Below, piece by piece: positions 1-10,307 of a stretch of 64,000 nt of DNA. The notes under the pieces were generated by a model that worked only from the letters and a program-made list of their open reading frames with translations, was not told the DNA's origin and ran no database searches. This DNA comes from an uncultured Desulfospira sp. (lineage in GTDB: Bacteria > Desulfobacterota > Desulfobacteria > Desulfobacterales > Desulfobacteraceae): the NCBI GenBank assembly GCA_963663165.1, contig OY760175.1, positions 3,200,001-3,264,000 on the forward strand, written 5' to 3'. Position 1 is the stretch's first letter, and each line of letters opens with the position of its first letter. The translations under genes were made by a program, and so were the position numbers.

Positions 1-671
1 ATATGTCCTACCCTAACTACGGGTTACTCTATGAAGCTAACCCGGATCTGGACCCGGAAACAAGCAAAACCTACGAAGCCGGTGTTGAATATGAGACATC
101 CTTTATCCGTGCCGGCCTTACCGCATTTTATACCGATTATAAGGACAAAATAGAGACGCTATATGTGGGTTATGCTGCAGGAAGAACCACCTATACCTAT
201 TACAATGTGGATGAAGCCACCATCTCCGGTGTAGAAGGAGAGCTATCCGTTGATCTGGGCGGGCTGCTGAACTGGGGAATGGAAGTCCGGCCTTTTGTCA
301 ATTTTGTCTATCTGGACCAGTATGAAGACGGCGAAACCGGAGACGATCTGCTCTTTGTCTCTGACAGGACCCTTTCGGCAGGCATCCGGGCATCAAGCCC
401 GGATCATTTTAATGTCAGTTTAACCGTGGCCTATACCGGTGATCAGGATATCAATGTATATGATGCATATTTTAACAAAGTACGGGCTACCAAGGGCGAT
501 TTCACGGTAACCAACCTGGCCGGGAATTACAAAGTCTTTCAGCAGTCCAATGGGAACGCGGTCTGGCTCCACGGAGAAGTCAACAACCTGTTTGACAAGG
601 ATTACGAATATGTGAACGGGTATCCCATGCCCGGCCGAAATTTTTTTGCATCGGTAAAATATACGTTTTAG
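1..671 (+). CDS. TonB-dependent receptor, C-terminal part (5' end outside window)
   Basis: NPDLDPETSKTYEAG motif, GEVNNLFDKDY...PGRNFFASVKYTF C-terminal signature with terminal Phe. Confidence 0.9.
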   Translation, partial: MSYPNYGLLYEANPDLDPETSKTYEAGVEYETSFIRAGLTAFYTDYKDKIETLYVGYAAGRTTYTYYNVDEATISGVEGELSVDLGGLLNWGMEVRPFVNFVYLDQYEDGETGDDLLFVSDRTLSAGIRASSPDHFNVSLTVAYTGDQDINVYDAYFNKVRATKGDFTVTNLAGNYKVFQQSNGNAVWLHGEVNNLFDKDYEYVNGYPMPGRNFFASVKYTF

Positions 672-734
672 ATAAAGGGACACCGGGAAAACAGCAGACC
701 GGGGACCGGATGCGCAGGCCTTAAGGAGATGACC

Positions 735-2630
735 ATGAACAAAAAGACGGCGGTGGGGCAGTGGCTGGCCATTGGATTGATTATTGCGGCTGCGGTCCTT
801 TGGGCCTCTGTTTTGCCGATAACAGCCCATGAACACAAGCCGTTGTCTGAAGCAAAGGCCCAGGATATGGGCGAAATGGTCGTTATGGGTGACAAGGCGG
901 CAGATTTTGCCCGGCAGAACCCCGCCCAGGTGGTTACCATGGATGCGGCTCAGATTGAGCAGCGCAATTTCCTGCAGGTCCAGGAAGCCTTAAGTGCCAT
1001 GCCCGGTGTGGATGTCAAGGAGAGTTCCGGTGGTATGGGGGCCAGAATCGCCATTCGCGGCGGGGGCGGTTCCGGATCGGTCCTGGTCCTTATTGACGGA
1101 CGCCCGGCCGCCGCCATGCAGTACGGCGGTGTTGACTTAAGCGGCATTCCTATTGATCTGGTCAAACGAATTATCGTGTTCAAACCGCCGGTGCCGGTCT
1201 GGCTTGGAGCGGACAGTGCCGCCGGTGCCATCTATATTGAAACCAAACAAAAAAAGACCGCCGTTACGGCCGGGAAAAAAGGCAAAATCAGGGCCACGGG
1301 CGGCTCTTACGGCCTGGCCGCGCTGACGGCCACAGCCCAGATCGACAAGGATGAGCGCCAGTATGTGGTTTCCGGCGGGGCTTCCCACAAGGATGGAAAG
1401 CGGCCCAACAGCCAGAAGGACCAAGGCCACCTGAATCTTGGCTATGACTGGAAAAAAGAGGGGCGGCAGGTGCAGGTGAATGCCAAGGCCTATGTTTCGG
1501 ATCATGGTGTGGCAGGCCCCACCTATAACCCGACCCCGGATGCGGCCCAGCGGTATGAAAAGGCAAGTTTTGATGTAAAGTACAAAGGATTTACAGACCG
1601 TTCCGATTACACCCTAAAGGCCTGGACCGATGCTAAAACCCTGGATGAAACCGCCCAGAACGGGGATAAATCAACCCTGGATACCTTAACCGGGGGGCTT
1701 GCATCGGATTTTTTCTTTGCCCCGGGGGATGAGGATGATGAACTCAAGCTCGGGTTCCAGTTTGAGCACAACCGGGTGGACCATACCCTGACCGGAAAGC
1801 ACAACCGGTCCCGGTTCGGGGGCCACACGGAATACCATATCCGGACAGACCCCTTTGTCTATACCCTGGGTGCCAGGGCCGATTACACCAATGATTTTTA
1901 TCTTTGCCCCGGTGCCCATGCCGGCATGGTTTACACCCTGTCCGATCAGACGCAGATTCGCCTTAATGCCGGTTACAGCGAACATGTCCCCACTTTCAGC
2001 CAGCTCTACCAGCCCAGCCACGGCTCCATTGACCAGGTGCGGGGCAACCCGGATCTGGACAAAGAAAAAATGGTCAGCTTAAGTCTAGGCCTTGACCGGC
2101 AGATAAGGCAAAACCAGAAACTGGGGGTCTCATTATTTCGAACCGACTCCCGGGACCTGATCAAATACCAGCGCAACGGCCAGGATATCAGCATCCCGGA
2201 AAATATTGACCAGGCCTACAAGCAGGGGATTGAAATCAGTTATAAGTTCTCTTTTTCCAAGGACACCGATCTTGAGATCAACTACATCCTCCAGGATACA
2301 AAAAACAGGGACAATGACTGCGATTTAAGTTATGCCCCGACCCATTCGGGCAAACTTATCTTTAAAACCCAATTGAATGCCAAAACCCGTTTTGAATGGA
2401 TTACAAGGGGATATTCCACACAATACTCCGACAATGAGAATACTGAAGAAGAGCGTCTTGATGCCTATTTAACAACGGACCTGAAGCTGAGCCGGCCCAT
2501 GACAATCCTTAAGAAAAAAGGCCTGGTCTTTGTCAATGTCAGCAACCTTTTTGACAGGGATTATGAGGGCCATTACGGCTATCCCGATGACGGGATCCGG
2601 TTTGAGGCCGGCATGAGCATTAATTTTTAG
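735..2630 (+). CDS. TonB-dependent receptor (BtuB/HmuR-like)
   Basis: Signal peptide, plug domain (ALSAMPGVDV, VLVLIDGRP), GNPDLDKE, NLFDRDY, terminal Phe; RBS aaggag at 723-728. Confidence 0.9.
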   Translation: MNKKTAVGQWLAIGLIIAAAVLWASVLPITAHEHKPLSEAKAQDMGEMVVMGDKAADFARQNPAQVVTMDAAQIEQRNFLQVQEALSAMPGVDVKESSGGMGARIAIRGGGGSGSVLVLIDGRPAAAMQYGGVDLSGIPIDLVKRIIVFKPPVPVWLGADSAAGAIYIETKQKKTAVTAGKKGKIRATGGSYGLAALTATAQIDKDERQYVVSGGASHKDGKRPNSQKDQGHLNLGYDWKKEGRQVQVNAKAYVSDHGVAGPTYNPTPDAAQRYEKASFDVKYKGFTDRSDYTLKAWTDAKTLDETAQNGDKSTLDTLTGGLASDFFFAPGDEDDELKLGFQFEHNRVDHTLTGKHNRSRFGGHTEYHIRTDPFVYTLGARADYTNDFYLCPGAHAGMVYTLSDQTQIRLNAGYSEHVPTFSQLYQPSHGSIDQVRGNPDLDKEKMVSLSLGLDRQIRQNQKLGVSLFRTDSRDLIKYQRNGQDISIPENIDQAYKQGIEISYKFSFSKDTDLEINYILQDTKNRDNDCDLSYAPTHSGKLIFKTQLNAKTRFEWITRGYSTQYSDNENTEEERLDAYLTTDLKLSRPMTILKKKGLVFVNVSNLFDRDYEGHYGYPDDGIRFEAGMSINF

Positions 2631-2636
2631 GTATTT

Positions 2637-2719
2637 AGACTGAAGGGGGGTAGGCTGAAGGGCTGCGAGTCACTTTGTTATGCACAAACTTCAGTCTATT
2701 CTCCTTCAGTCTTCAGCCT
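2637..2719. repeat. Intergenic imperfect inverted repeat built from (a)ggctgaag / cttcagcct units
   Basis: agactgaag..taggctgaag ... cttcagtct..cttcagtcttcagcct; similar elements at 23014-23102 and 30550-30608. Confidence 0.6.
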
Positions 2720-2738
2720 GTTTTAGGCGGGATTTCCA

Positions 2739-3491
2739 ATGGAACTTAAAACCCTGATACTGGGATTGTTTGTCTCGTTTGCCGCCTTTGCCCTCAAGGC
2801 CGGGGGCGGGCTCTCCTATGTGTTTGCCACCCGGCCTTCAGCAAGGCACCGGGCCGCGGCTGCCGCCGGTTTTGCAGCCGTCTACGCCCTGGTCTTTTCA
2901 TTGGCGGGGCTTATCCTGTCCAGGGTAGACCTGACCGGGCACATGGACCATCTCCAGGCCTTTTTCAAAAGCGGGATGTTTCTTCACTTTCTGCTGGCGA
3001 TGCTGATGGCCCTGTGGGGAAGACACCTGATATCCGAACACAAAACCGCCAAAGGATCGGGAAAAGGCACCACCAGAGGGTGGATTCCCCTGGTGGTGCC
3101 CTGCCCGGTATGTTTTACGGTGATCCTCCTGTCCATTGGCTTTTTGCGCGTTCTCTATCCCGGGCACCCGGAACTGTTGTGGGCCTTGTACCTGTTTTTT
3201 GTTCTGGTCAGCCTTGCCGTGGCCTTTCCCTTGTCCGTTGCCATGGGCAGGCGTTCCCCCGAGCCTTTTCTGGGCGGCCTCATGCTTTATCTGTCCGCCT
3301 ATTTCCTGCTCACGGTGTTTATGGTGCCGGCCTTTTCCGATCTGGACAAAATTTACACAATCGCATCGCCGGATACCCCGTTTACCCCTTCTGTGCCCGG
3401 CCTGCTTTTGGGTTCAGGCGCCATTGCTGCCGTGGCCATAGGATTTTTCCGTCCGTTAAGACATACCCCAAAGGAAAACAAAACCCCATGA
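2739..3491 (+). CDS. DUF2162-like multi-pass membrane protein (HmuT-like)
   Basis: FALKAGGGL start, PCPVC motif, several hydrophobic segments, position in the cobN-like cluster. Confidence 0.75.
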   Translation: MELKTLILGLFVSFAAFALKAGGGLSYVFATRPSARHRAAAAAGFAAVYALVFSLAGLILSRVDLTGHMDHLQAFFKSGMFLHFLLAMLMALWGRHLISEHKTAKGSGKGTTRGWIPLVVPCPVCFTVILLSIGFLRVLYPGHPELLWALYLFFVLVSLAVAFPLSVAMGRRSPEPFLGGLMLYLSAYFLLTVFMVPAFSDLDKIYTIASPDTPFTPSVPGLLLGSGAIAAVAIGFFRPLRHTPKENKTP

Positions 3492-4099
3492 CCGCTTTAT
3501 TAAAAACCCTGATTTACATGATCTCCTCATCCCTGTTTTTACCGGTGCTGCTGCTGCTTTCATGCCTCTCTTTGTGGATGCTGGTTTATCTTGGCCGGTT
3601 TTTACGCTCCGGCCTTGAAAGACGACAGATCCGGGCCGGGCAGGCCCAAACGGCTGTCCCGCTGCCGGACCAGGTCCTGGCCCGGCAGTTTGACGGCCTG
3701 TTTCCTGCCCGTGTGGCAAAGGCCGTCCACGCACTTGAGGCCCTGGACAGCCGGCACCACCATGTGCGCATTGTCAGCCTGCTCCAGGAAGAGGAGCATC
3801 AGATGTGGAAATCCTTGGACCCCCTTAAGATGATCATCCGGGTCGGGCCCGGCCTAGGCCTGATCGGCACCCTGATCCCCATGGGCACAGGCCTTGCCTC
3901 CCTGGGCCAGGGAGATTTAAACCAGCTGTCCCAGGATCTGGTGGTGGCCTTTACCACCACGGTGGTGGGCATGGCCTTAGGGTTGATCGCCTACTGTCTT
4001 TTTACGGTGCAGCGACGGTGGGTGGAGACCGATGTCAAATCCCTGGAACTTTGTGCAGAACTGCTCACCCAAAAGGCAGGGGACCATGAGATATCTTAA
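3488..4099 (+). CDS. MotA/TolQ/ExbB proton channel family protein
   Basis: RVGPGLGLIGTLIPMG...LVVAFTTTVVG motif; ATG at 3488 overlaps the upstream stop (ATGA). Confidence 0.85.
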   Translation: MTALLKTLIYMISSSLFLPVLLLLSCLSLWMLVYLGRFLRSGLERRQIRAGQAQTAVPLPDQVLARQFDGLFPARVAKAVHALEALDSRHHHVRIVSLLQEEEHQMWKSLDPLKMIIRVGPGLGLIGTLIPMGTGLASLGQGDLNQLSQDLVVAFTTTVVGMALGLIAYCLFTVQRRWVETDVKSLELCAELLTQKAGDHEIS

Positions 4100-4421
4100 A
4101 ACGGGCCAGAACCGGGGAACCGGTTTCTCGGACAATGATCCCATGGCCGGGGTGGCCAATCTTTTTGACCTTGGCCTTGTCTTTATTGTGGGGCTGCTCA
4201 TTGCTATTTTCGGGGCCTTTCATTTGGAGGACCTCCTGACACAGGACAGTTCCCTGACCCTCATGAAAAAATCAGACAGCGGGGAAATCGAGATTATTGA
4301 AAAAAAAGGCCAGAAAATCTCTGCCATGAAGGTGACCAAATCCAAGGCCAAAGGCAAAGGCCAGCGCCTGGGCACCGCCTATAAGCTGGAAGACGGGTCC
4401 ATGATTTACATCCCGGACTGA
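4086..4421 (+). CDS. DUF2149-like protein (HmuV-like)
   Basis: DPMAGVANLFDLGLVF and G.RLGTAYKL.DGSMIYIP motifs. Confidence 0.85.
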   Translation: MRYLKTGQNRGTGFSDNDPMAGVANLFDLGLVFIVGLLIAIFGAFHLEDLLTQDSSLTLMKKSDSGEIEIIEKKGQKISAMKVTKSKAKGKGQRLGTAYKLEDGSMIYIPD

Positions 4422-4455
4422 TCAAGAAACAAGAAACAGGATACAAGAAACAAGA
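4422..4455 (+). repeat. Short heptamer tandem repeat (caagaaa-like, about 5 units)
   Basis: tcaagaaacaagaaacaggatacaagaaacaaga. Confidence 0.6.
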
Positions 4456-4469
4456 GGGCGGAAATCACG

Positions 4470-7400
4470 TTGCCTGATAAGACGGTGGGTATAAGCAAAC
4501 AACCAGCATGGCTTTGCCTGTTGACATGGGTGGGCCTGATAGTGCTTTGGGGTATGGGGCCAAAGATTTTGGCCGCAAAGCCGGTGGATATTGTGTTTAT
4601 GGTGCTGGACCATAACTCCTATATGGCCGATCTTGCCGTAAAAGAACTGCCCGCAGCCCTTAATGTGGAAGTCATCTCGGTGGGCCAGACCCAGGAGCAG
4701 CCTCAACGGGCAAAAGAGCTGATTGGCCGGGCCCGGGTGATTGTGGCCGATGTCATGGGAAAGGAGGTGATCACCTTCCTGGCCGCCTGCAAAGGCCTTA
4801 ACGGCGAAAAACCGGTCTATGCCCTGCGCGGCTCCCTGGATGATGCCGCCTTAAAACGGGAGGGGTACCGGTTTGACGAGACCGTGGCCGGGTATTACCG
4901 CCACGTCTGTGTAAAGAATATTCAAAACATGCTCTGTCTTGTGGCCCACCGCCATATTGATGCCGGCATTGCCTATGATCCGGTTCAGGAACTGCCTGTC
5001 ATGGGGATGTACCACCCCAATGCCGAAGCGCCTTTTTCACAGGTTAAAGACTACCTGGCCTGGCAGGCGGAGCGGCCCGGGTTTGACCCCGAAAAAACAC
5101 CCATCGGCCTTCTCTTCTATGGATCCTACCTCACCCCGGGGCAAAAAGAGTGCCTGGACCAGATTATCCTTGGATTTGAGGCGGCCGGATTTAATGTGCT
5201 GCCCTGTTTCGGCAAAGAGGAAACCGTGATCCCGGCCTATTTCCTTAACGAAAAAAAACAGGCCCGCATCCACATGCTGGTCTCCTTTTCCCTTAAGTTC
5301 AACAACGCGTTAACGCCCCATCTTTCAATGCAGGTGTCAGCCCTGGATGTGCCCATATTCAATGCGGTAAACCTCTATTCCAACACCCTGGACCAATGGG
5401 AAAAAAGCCCGGAAGGCATTGACAGCCTCCAGGTGGCCTGGACCATGGCCGTGCCTGAAATTTCCGGGCTGGTGGAACCCACCGTGCTGAGCGGCAAACA
5501 AAAAGTCACCAATGAAGAGACGGGGAAATCCTATTATTTAAGCACGGTTTCCCGGGACAACCTGGACCATCTGATCAAAAGAATCAAGGGGTGGAAAAGA
5601 CTTCAGGCCGCCTCAAATAAAGAAAAAAAGATCGCGGTCATGTTTTACAACCACCACCAGGGAAAGCAGAACATCGGGGCCTCCTATCTGAACGTGTTCA
5701 AAAGCATTGCCCAAATTCAAAAGGCCCTGGCCCAAGAGGGGTACCGGACCGGAGAATCCCTGTCCCCGGATGAGATCAGGGAACTTTTGCTCACCTGTGC
5801 CCGGAATGTGGGGTCCTGGGCACCGGGAGAACTGTCCCGGCTGACCGGCTCAGGCAAGGTGATCCGGGTGCCGGTAGGGGAATACAAGGCCTGGTTTGAT
5901 GCCCTGCCCAAGGATTTCAAGGCAAACGTGATCAAACAGTGGGGCCCTGTGGAAGCCGCGGATATCATGGTTCAGGACAATGCCTTTATCATTCCCGGCG
6001 CCCGGACCGGCAACCTGATCCTTTTACCGGAACCGGCCAGGGGATGGGGGGATGATCCCATGAAGCTTTACCATGATCCCACCTTATACCCCCACCACCA
6101 GTACCTGGCCGTCTATCTGTGGCTTCAAAAAAATTTCAAGGCCCATGCCGTGATCCACTTAGGCACCCATGCCACCTATGAGTGGACCCCGGGCAAACAG
6201 GCCGGGCTGTCAACTTCCTGCTCCCCTGAGGTGCTTGGCACGGATATCCCCAACCTCTACCCTTACATCGTGGATGACGTGGGCGAAGGCATCCAGGCCA
6301 AACGGCGGGGCCGGGGCGTCATGATCTCCCATCTGACCCCGGTGCTGAAAGCAGCGGATATCCATGAAGAGTACGCCAGGATGGCCGATCTGGCAGGCCA
6401 GATTGAACGGTCTGAGAGCATTGGCAGCCAGACAACAGCAGAGAAGAAAGCCGAACTCTTTGCCCTGGCCCAAAAAACCGGTATTTTCAAGGATCTTCCC
6501 CACCCGCCGGAAACCGATGATGAAAAGGTTCACGCCCTGGGCCATTATTTAGAAGAGATCAAGGAGAGCCTGGTGCCCTTTGGCATGCATACCTTCGGAG
6601 TTTCTCCCGCCCCGGAAGCGGTGAGGGAAATGGTTGACGCCATAGGGCAGTGGCACTCAGAAGACACAGGGGAAAAGGGTAAAAAAGCCTTTAAAACCGC
6701 CATCACCGCAAGCGGGCCGTTAGAGATGGCATCCCTGATCCGGGGCCTGGAAGGACGGTATGTGCCCCCCGGTGAAGGCAATGACCCGGTGCGGAACCCG
6801 GCAGCCCTGCCCACGGGAAGAAATTTCTACGGGTTTAACCCGGGCAAAATGCCAAGCCCGGCAGCCTGGGCCCTGGGCCAAAAAGCCGGGGACGATATCA
6901 TTGCCAACCACTTGAAAAATCACGGCACCTTCCCCCAAAAGGTGGCCGTGGTCCTCTGGGCCGTTGAGTCCCTGCGCAACGAGGGCATGAACGAGTGTAC
7001 CATCCTTTACCTGATCGGGGTAAAGCCGAAATGGAACAAGGCCGGGCGGGTTCTGGGCCTTGAGCTGATCAAAGGGGCAGAACTCAAGCGCCCCCGGATT
7101 GATGTAATGATCAACGCCTCAGGCCTTTACCGGGACCTTTTTCCGGACAAAATGCTCTTCCTGGATGAAGCCGTGCGCATGGCCGCCCGGCAGACCGATG
7201 TGGAAAATCTCATTGCCCGGCACAACCGGGAAATTAAAACCCGGCTTATTCAAGAGGGCATGGACCCGGACCAGGCCGAGGACCTGTCACGGTTCCGGGT
7301 GTTCAGCGAGCCGCCCGGGGCATACGGCAACGGGGTCAGTGAAATGGCCTCGGGCTCTTCTCTCTGGGATGATCCCGACCGGGTGGCCCAGGTGTGGGAA

Positions 7401-8453
7401 AACCGGACAGGGTACGCATTCGGAAAAACCGGCACCGGCAAAACCTGGGGCATGCCGGCCCATAAGGCCCTCAAGGCCCAGCTCTCCCAGGTGGATGCGG
7501 CGGTTCATTCCAAATCCTCCAACGTTTACGGTCTCATGGACAACGACGACATGTTCCAGTACCTGGGCGGCCTTGCCATGGCCGTCAAAAAGGAGGCCGG
7601 GAAATCCCCGGAAACCCTGATCACCAAACAAACCGGCGGCAGTGCGGTCCGGGTGGAGGACCTGGGCAAAAGCATTGGCATGGAGCTGCGGGCAAGGTAT
7701 CTCAACCCCAAGTGGATAAACGGCATGAAAGCCGAAGGATATGCCGGGGCCAAAGCCATGGCCGATTTTGTGGAGTACCTCTGGGGATGGCACCTGACCA
7801 CCCCGGAAAAGGTGGATGAATCCAAATGGAATGAAGTCTACGATGTCTACGTGGAAGACAAATACGGCCTTGACATGGATCAGTTCTTTGCCAAGGCTTC
7901 ACCCTGGGCCTTTCAGTCCATTACGGCCAGGATGCTGGAGACCCATCGAAAGGGATACTGGAAAGCCAATGAAAAACAGCTGGAGACCCTGGCGGCCGAT
8001 TATGCCAAAAGTATTGTGGCCAAAGGTATTGCCTGCTGCGAGCATACCTGCAATAATCCTATGCTCAACCAGATGGTGGTCTCCATTGTCTCCATCCCGG
8101 GGGTCCTGAGCCCGGAAATTGCCGAAGCCTTTAAAATGGCGGTGGAAAAGATGGCGGGAAAATCCCTGGAAGACCAGGTCAAGGCCCGGCAGGAGCTGCT
8201 GGAAACCTTAACCGCCCCGGGGTCCCGGACAGACATGGGACAGCCGTCCAAATCAGACGGCCCCGGGGCCGGCGCGGAAGATATGGTGGAAGGCTTTAAA
8301 ATGGAAGAGATCAAACGGATGAAAGACAAAACCACTGAACTGAGCACATCGGGCATGGAGTGGGTGGGGCTGTTGGCCGTGCTGGCCGTACTGGCCCTGG
8401 TGTCGGCGGGCTTTTTTTCAAATTCCAAACGCCGCCGCCCGACCCTCATTTAG
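4470..8453 (+). CDS. cobN: CobN/Mg-chelatase H-like protein, exported and membrane-anchored (HmuS/BtuS-like)
   Basis: HLGTHATYEW.PGK, PNLYPYIVDDVGEGIQAKRRG, LPTGRNFY, RPRIDV..SGLYRD, RYLNPKWI.GM..EGYAGA; hydrophobic N- and C-terminal segments; start codon uncertain. Confidence 0.85.
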   Translation: MPDKTVGISKQPAWLCLLTWVGLIVLWGMGPKILAAKPVDIVFMVLDHNSYMADLAVKELPAALNVEVISVGQTQEQPQRAKELIGRARVIVADVMGKEVITFLAACKGLNGEKPVYALRGSLDDAALKREGYRFDETVAGYYRHVCVKNIQNMLCLVAHRHIDAGIAYDPVQELPVMGMYHPNAEAPFSQVKDYLAWQAERPGFDPEKTPIGLLFYGSYLTPGQKECLDQIILGFEAAGFNVLPCFGKEETVIPAYFLNEKKQARIHMLVSFSLKFNNALTPHLSMQVSALDVPIFNAVNLYSNTLDQWEKSPEGIDSLQVAWTMAVPEISGLVEPTVLSGKQKVTNEETGKSYYLSTVSRDNLDHLIKRIKGWKRLQAASNKEKKIAVMFYNHHQGKQNIGASYLNVFKSIAQIQKALAQEGYRTGESLSPDEIRELLLTCARNVGSWAPGELSRLTGSGKVIRVPVGEYKAWFDALPKDFKANVIKQWGPVEAADIMVQDNAFIIPGARTGNLILLPEPARGWGDDPMKLYHDPTLYPHHQYLAVYLWLQKNFKAHAVIHLGTHATYEWTPGKQAGLSTSCSPEVLGTDIPNLYPYIVDDVGEGIQAKRRGRGVMISHLTPVLKAADIHEEYARMADLAGQIERSESIGSQTTAEKKAELFALAQKTGIFKDLPHPPETDDEKVHALGHYLEEIKESLVPFGMHTFGVSPAPEAVREMVDAIGQWHSEDTGEKGKKAFKTAITASGPLEMASLIRGLEGRYVPPGEGNDPVRNPAALPTGRNFYGFNPGKMPSPAAWALGQKAGDDIIANHLKNHGTFPQKVAVVLWAVESLRNEGMNECTILYLIGVKPKWNKAGRVLGLELIKGAELKRPRIDVMINASGLYRDLFPDKMLFLDEAVRMAARQTDVENLIARHNREIKTRLIQEGMDPDQAEDLSRFRVFSEPPGAYGNGVSEMASGSSLWDDPDRVAQVWENRTGYAFGKTGTGKTWGMPAHKALKAQLSQVDAAVHSKSSNVYGLMDNDDMFQYLGGLAMAVKKEAGKSPETLITKQTGGSAVRVEDLGKSIGMELRARYLNPKWINGMKAEGYAGAKAMADFVEYLWGWHLTTPEKVDESKWNEVYDVYVEDKYGLDMDQFFAKASPWAFQSITARMLETHRKGYWKANEKQLETLAADYAKSIVAKGIACCEHTCNNPMLNQMVVSIVSIPGVLSPEIAEAFKMAVEKMAGKSLEDQVKARQELLETLTAPGSRTDMGQPSKSDGPGAGAEDMVEGFKMEEIKRMKDKTTELSTSGMEWVGLLAVLAVLALVSAGFFSNSKRRRPTLI

Positions 8454-8481
8454 GCATTTAGATTCAACGGATAAGTCCGAC

Positions 8482-9396
8482 ATGCTGATATTAAACACCA
8501 TTTTCCCCTTGTTTTTCCTGCTGGTCCTGGGCAGCCTGTTGAAACGGTTTAACCTGACCAACCCGGTATTTTTAAAGACATCGGACCGGCTGGTCTACTA
8601 TGTGTTCTTCCCTGCCATGCTGTTCTGGAAACTGGGGGCGGGTCCGGCCGGGGGGCAGGTCAATTCAGGGCTTTGCCTGTCCGGCCTCATAGGGGTGGGG
8701 CTGGTTTTTCTGGTGTGCCTCAAAGCCCTTCAGGTCTTTAAGGTGCCGGCCTTTAAAGCCGGATCATTTGTCCAGGCCGGGGTCCGCTTCAACACCTATA
8801 TCGGGATGGCAGTGGTCCTCAACACCCTGGGCGAGGAAGGGGTCCGGCATTTCGGCGTCCTGGTGGGGGGCGTTATCCCCATGCTCAACGTGATGGCCGT
8901 ATCGGTCCTGATCTGGCACTCTGATCAGGATTTAACCCGTGCCCAGAAGCGGCTGTTTTTCATCAAAGCACTGGTGTCCAATCCCCTGATCATTGCCTGC
9001 GTCCTGGGCTTAGGGTACGCCAGAACCGGTCTTGGATTTCCTGTTTTTATGCATAACACCTTTGCCCTGATGACCAGCGTCACCCTGCCCCTGGCCCTGA
9101 TTTCCATTGGCGCAAGCCTTTCCTTTGCCGGCCTTGAACACCATGCCCGGCTGTCCTGCATTGCCGCGCTGCTCAAACTTATGGTTCTGCCCTTGACCGG
9201 CTTTGCCCTGCTGACCCTCTTTCAAGTCACGGGCATTGCCTTTAAAACCGGCATGATCTTTTTTTGTCTGCCCACCTCAACCTCCATCTATGTGCTGTCA
9301 GGCCAGCTGAACTCGGACACTAACCTTGCCTCGTCGGCCATCATGGTCTCCACCCTGTTCTCCTTTGTCTCCCTGTCCGTGGCCCTGGCCCTGTGA
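8482..9396 (+). CDS. AEC (auxin efflux carrier/malate permease) family transporter
   Basis: LVYYVFFPAMLF, RFNTYIG, NPLIIA, PLALISIGASL motifs. Confidence 0.85.
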   Translation: MLILNTIFPLFFLLVLGSLLKRFNLTNPVFLKTSDRLVYYVFFPAMLFWKLGAGPAGGQVNSGLCLSGLIGVGLVFLVCLKALQVFKVPAFKAGSFVQAGVRFNTYIGMAVVLNTLGEEGVRHFGVLVGGVIPMLNVMAVSVLIWHSDQDLTRAQKRLFFIKALVSNPLIIACVLGLGYARTGLGFPVFMHNTFALMTSVTLPLALISIGASLSFAGLEHHARLSCIAALLKLMVLPLTGFALLTLFQVTGIAFKTGMIFFCLPTSTSIYVLSGQLNSDTNLASSAIMVSTLFSFVSLSVALAL

Positions 9397-9489
9397 ACAG
9401 GGCACCATCGGCGTCTGACATGAGCACATGGGATTCAAGTGCCGTCCCCCCAAGGTGGTCTTGTGCCTGACTGAAAATTTATTCAAACA

Positions 9490-10254
9490 CTATCTTGTAA
9501 ACACCCAGTCATTGTCTTGGGAAAGCTCCGGATTGAACCGGTATCCGCCACGGGTGAAGATTTTGAGCGTTTTTGTTTCATTGATGCCGTTTTTGATAAT
9601 AAAATCGGCCATCACCCCCCGGGCCCGCTTGGCGTGGATGCCGATGACCTTGAAGGTGTCTTTCTTTTTTTCCTTGAAATGGATATTGAGCCGTTCAACT
9701 TTTAATTTGCTGTTATCCACGGCCTTGACATATTCGTTGGAGGCCAGGTTGACCAGAACCGGGTCTCCCCCGCTGTCAGCGACATCTTGTACGATGCGGT
9801 CCGTTATCCGGTCTGCCCAGAAGTCGACCAAATTTTCCCCCCAGGGGCCGGCAAACCGGATTCCCATTTCAAGGCGGTATGGCTGGATCAGATCCAAGGG
9901 ACGCAGCAGACCGTAAAGGCCGGACAGAATTCTCAGATGGGCCTGGGCAAAATCAAAATCTTGACTGCTGTAATGTTCCGTATCCATCCCCTGGTAAACA
10001 TCGCCTTTAAACGCAAGCAGTGCCGGGGTGGCGTTCTGTGAGGTAAACGGCATGGAGAAGTCCTGGTATCGCTGATGGTTCAGCCGGGCAAGTTGGGGAC
10101 TGATTTTCATCAGCTGTTCAAGGTCTTCAGGGCCCAGGGTCTTCATATGGCTGACCAGAACCCTGGTCTTTTCGGAAAAGAAAGGGGTTGTGGCTTCCGG
10201 ATGGGCCTTTTTTCCCATATCCAGTGTCTTAGACGGCGCAATAATGCTGATCAT
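9490..10254 (-). CDS. yaaA: Peroxide stress protein YaaA (UPF0246)
   Basis: IIAPSKTLD, AFKGDVYQG, RILSGLYGLLRPLDLIQPYRLEMG, NLASNEY, AKRARG. Confidence 0.92.
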   Translation of the reverse strand: MISIIAPSKTLDMGKKAHPEATTPFFSEKTRVLVSHMKTLGPEDLEQLMKISPQLARLNHQRYQDFSMPFTSQNATPALLAFKGDVYQGMDTEHYSSQDFDFAQAHLRILSGLYGLLRPLDLIQPYRLEMGIRFAGPWGENLVDFWADRITDRIVQDVADSGGDPVLVNLASNEYVKAVDNSKLKVERLNIHFKEKKKDTFKVIGIHAKRARGVMADFIIKNGINETKTLKIFTRGGYRFNPELSQDNDWVFTR

Positions 10255-10307
10255 ATAATATTCCTCCTGATCTTAGCGGCATTGTCCGCCATTGTACCAG
10301 ACGGCTT

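Noticed and set aside
3014..3487. N-terminal extension of the ExbB-like ORF
   Set aside because: It overlaps the DUF2162-like gene; the coupled ATG at 3488 is the likely start.
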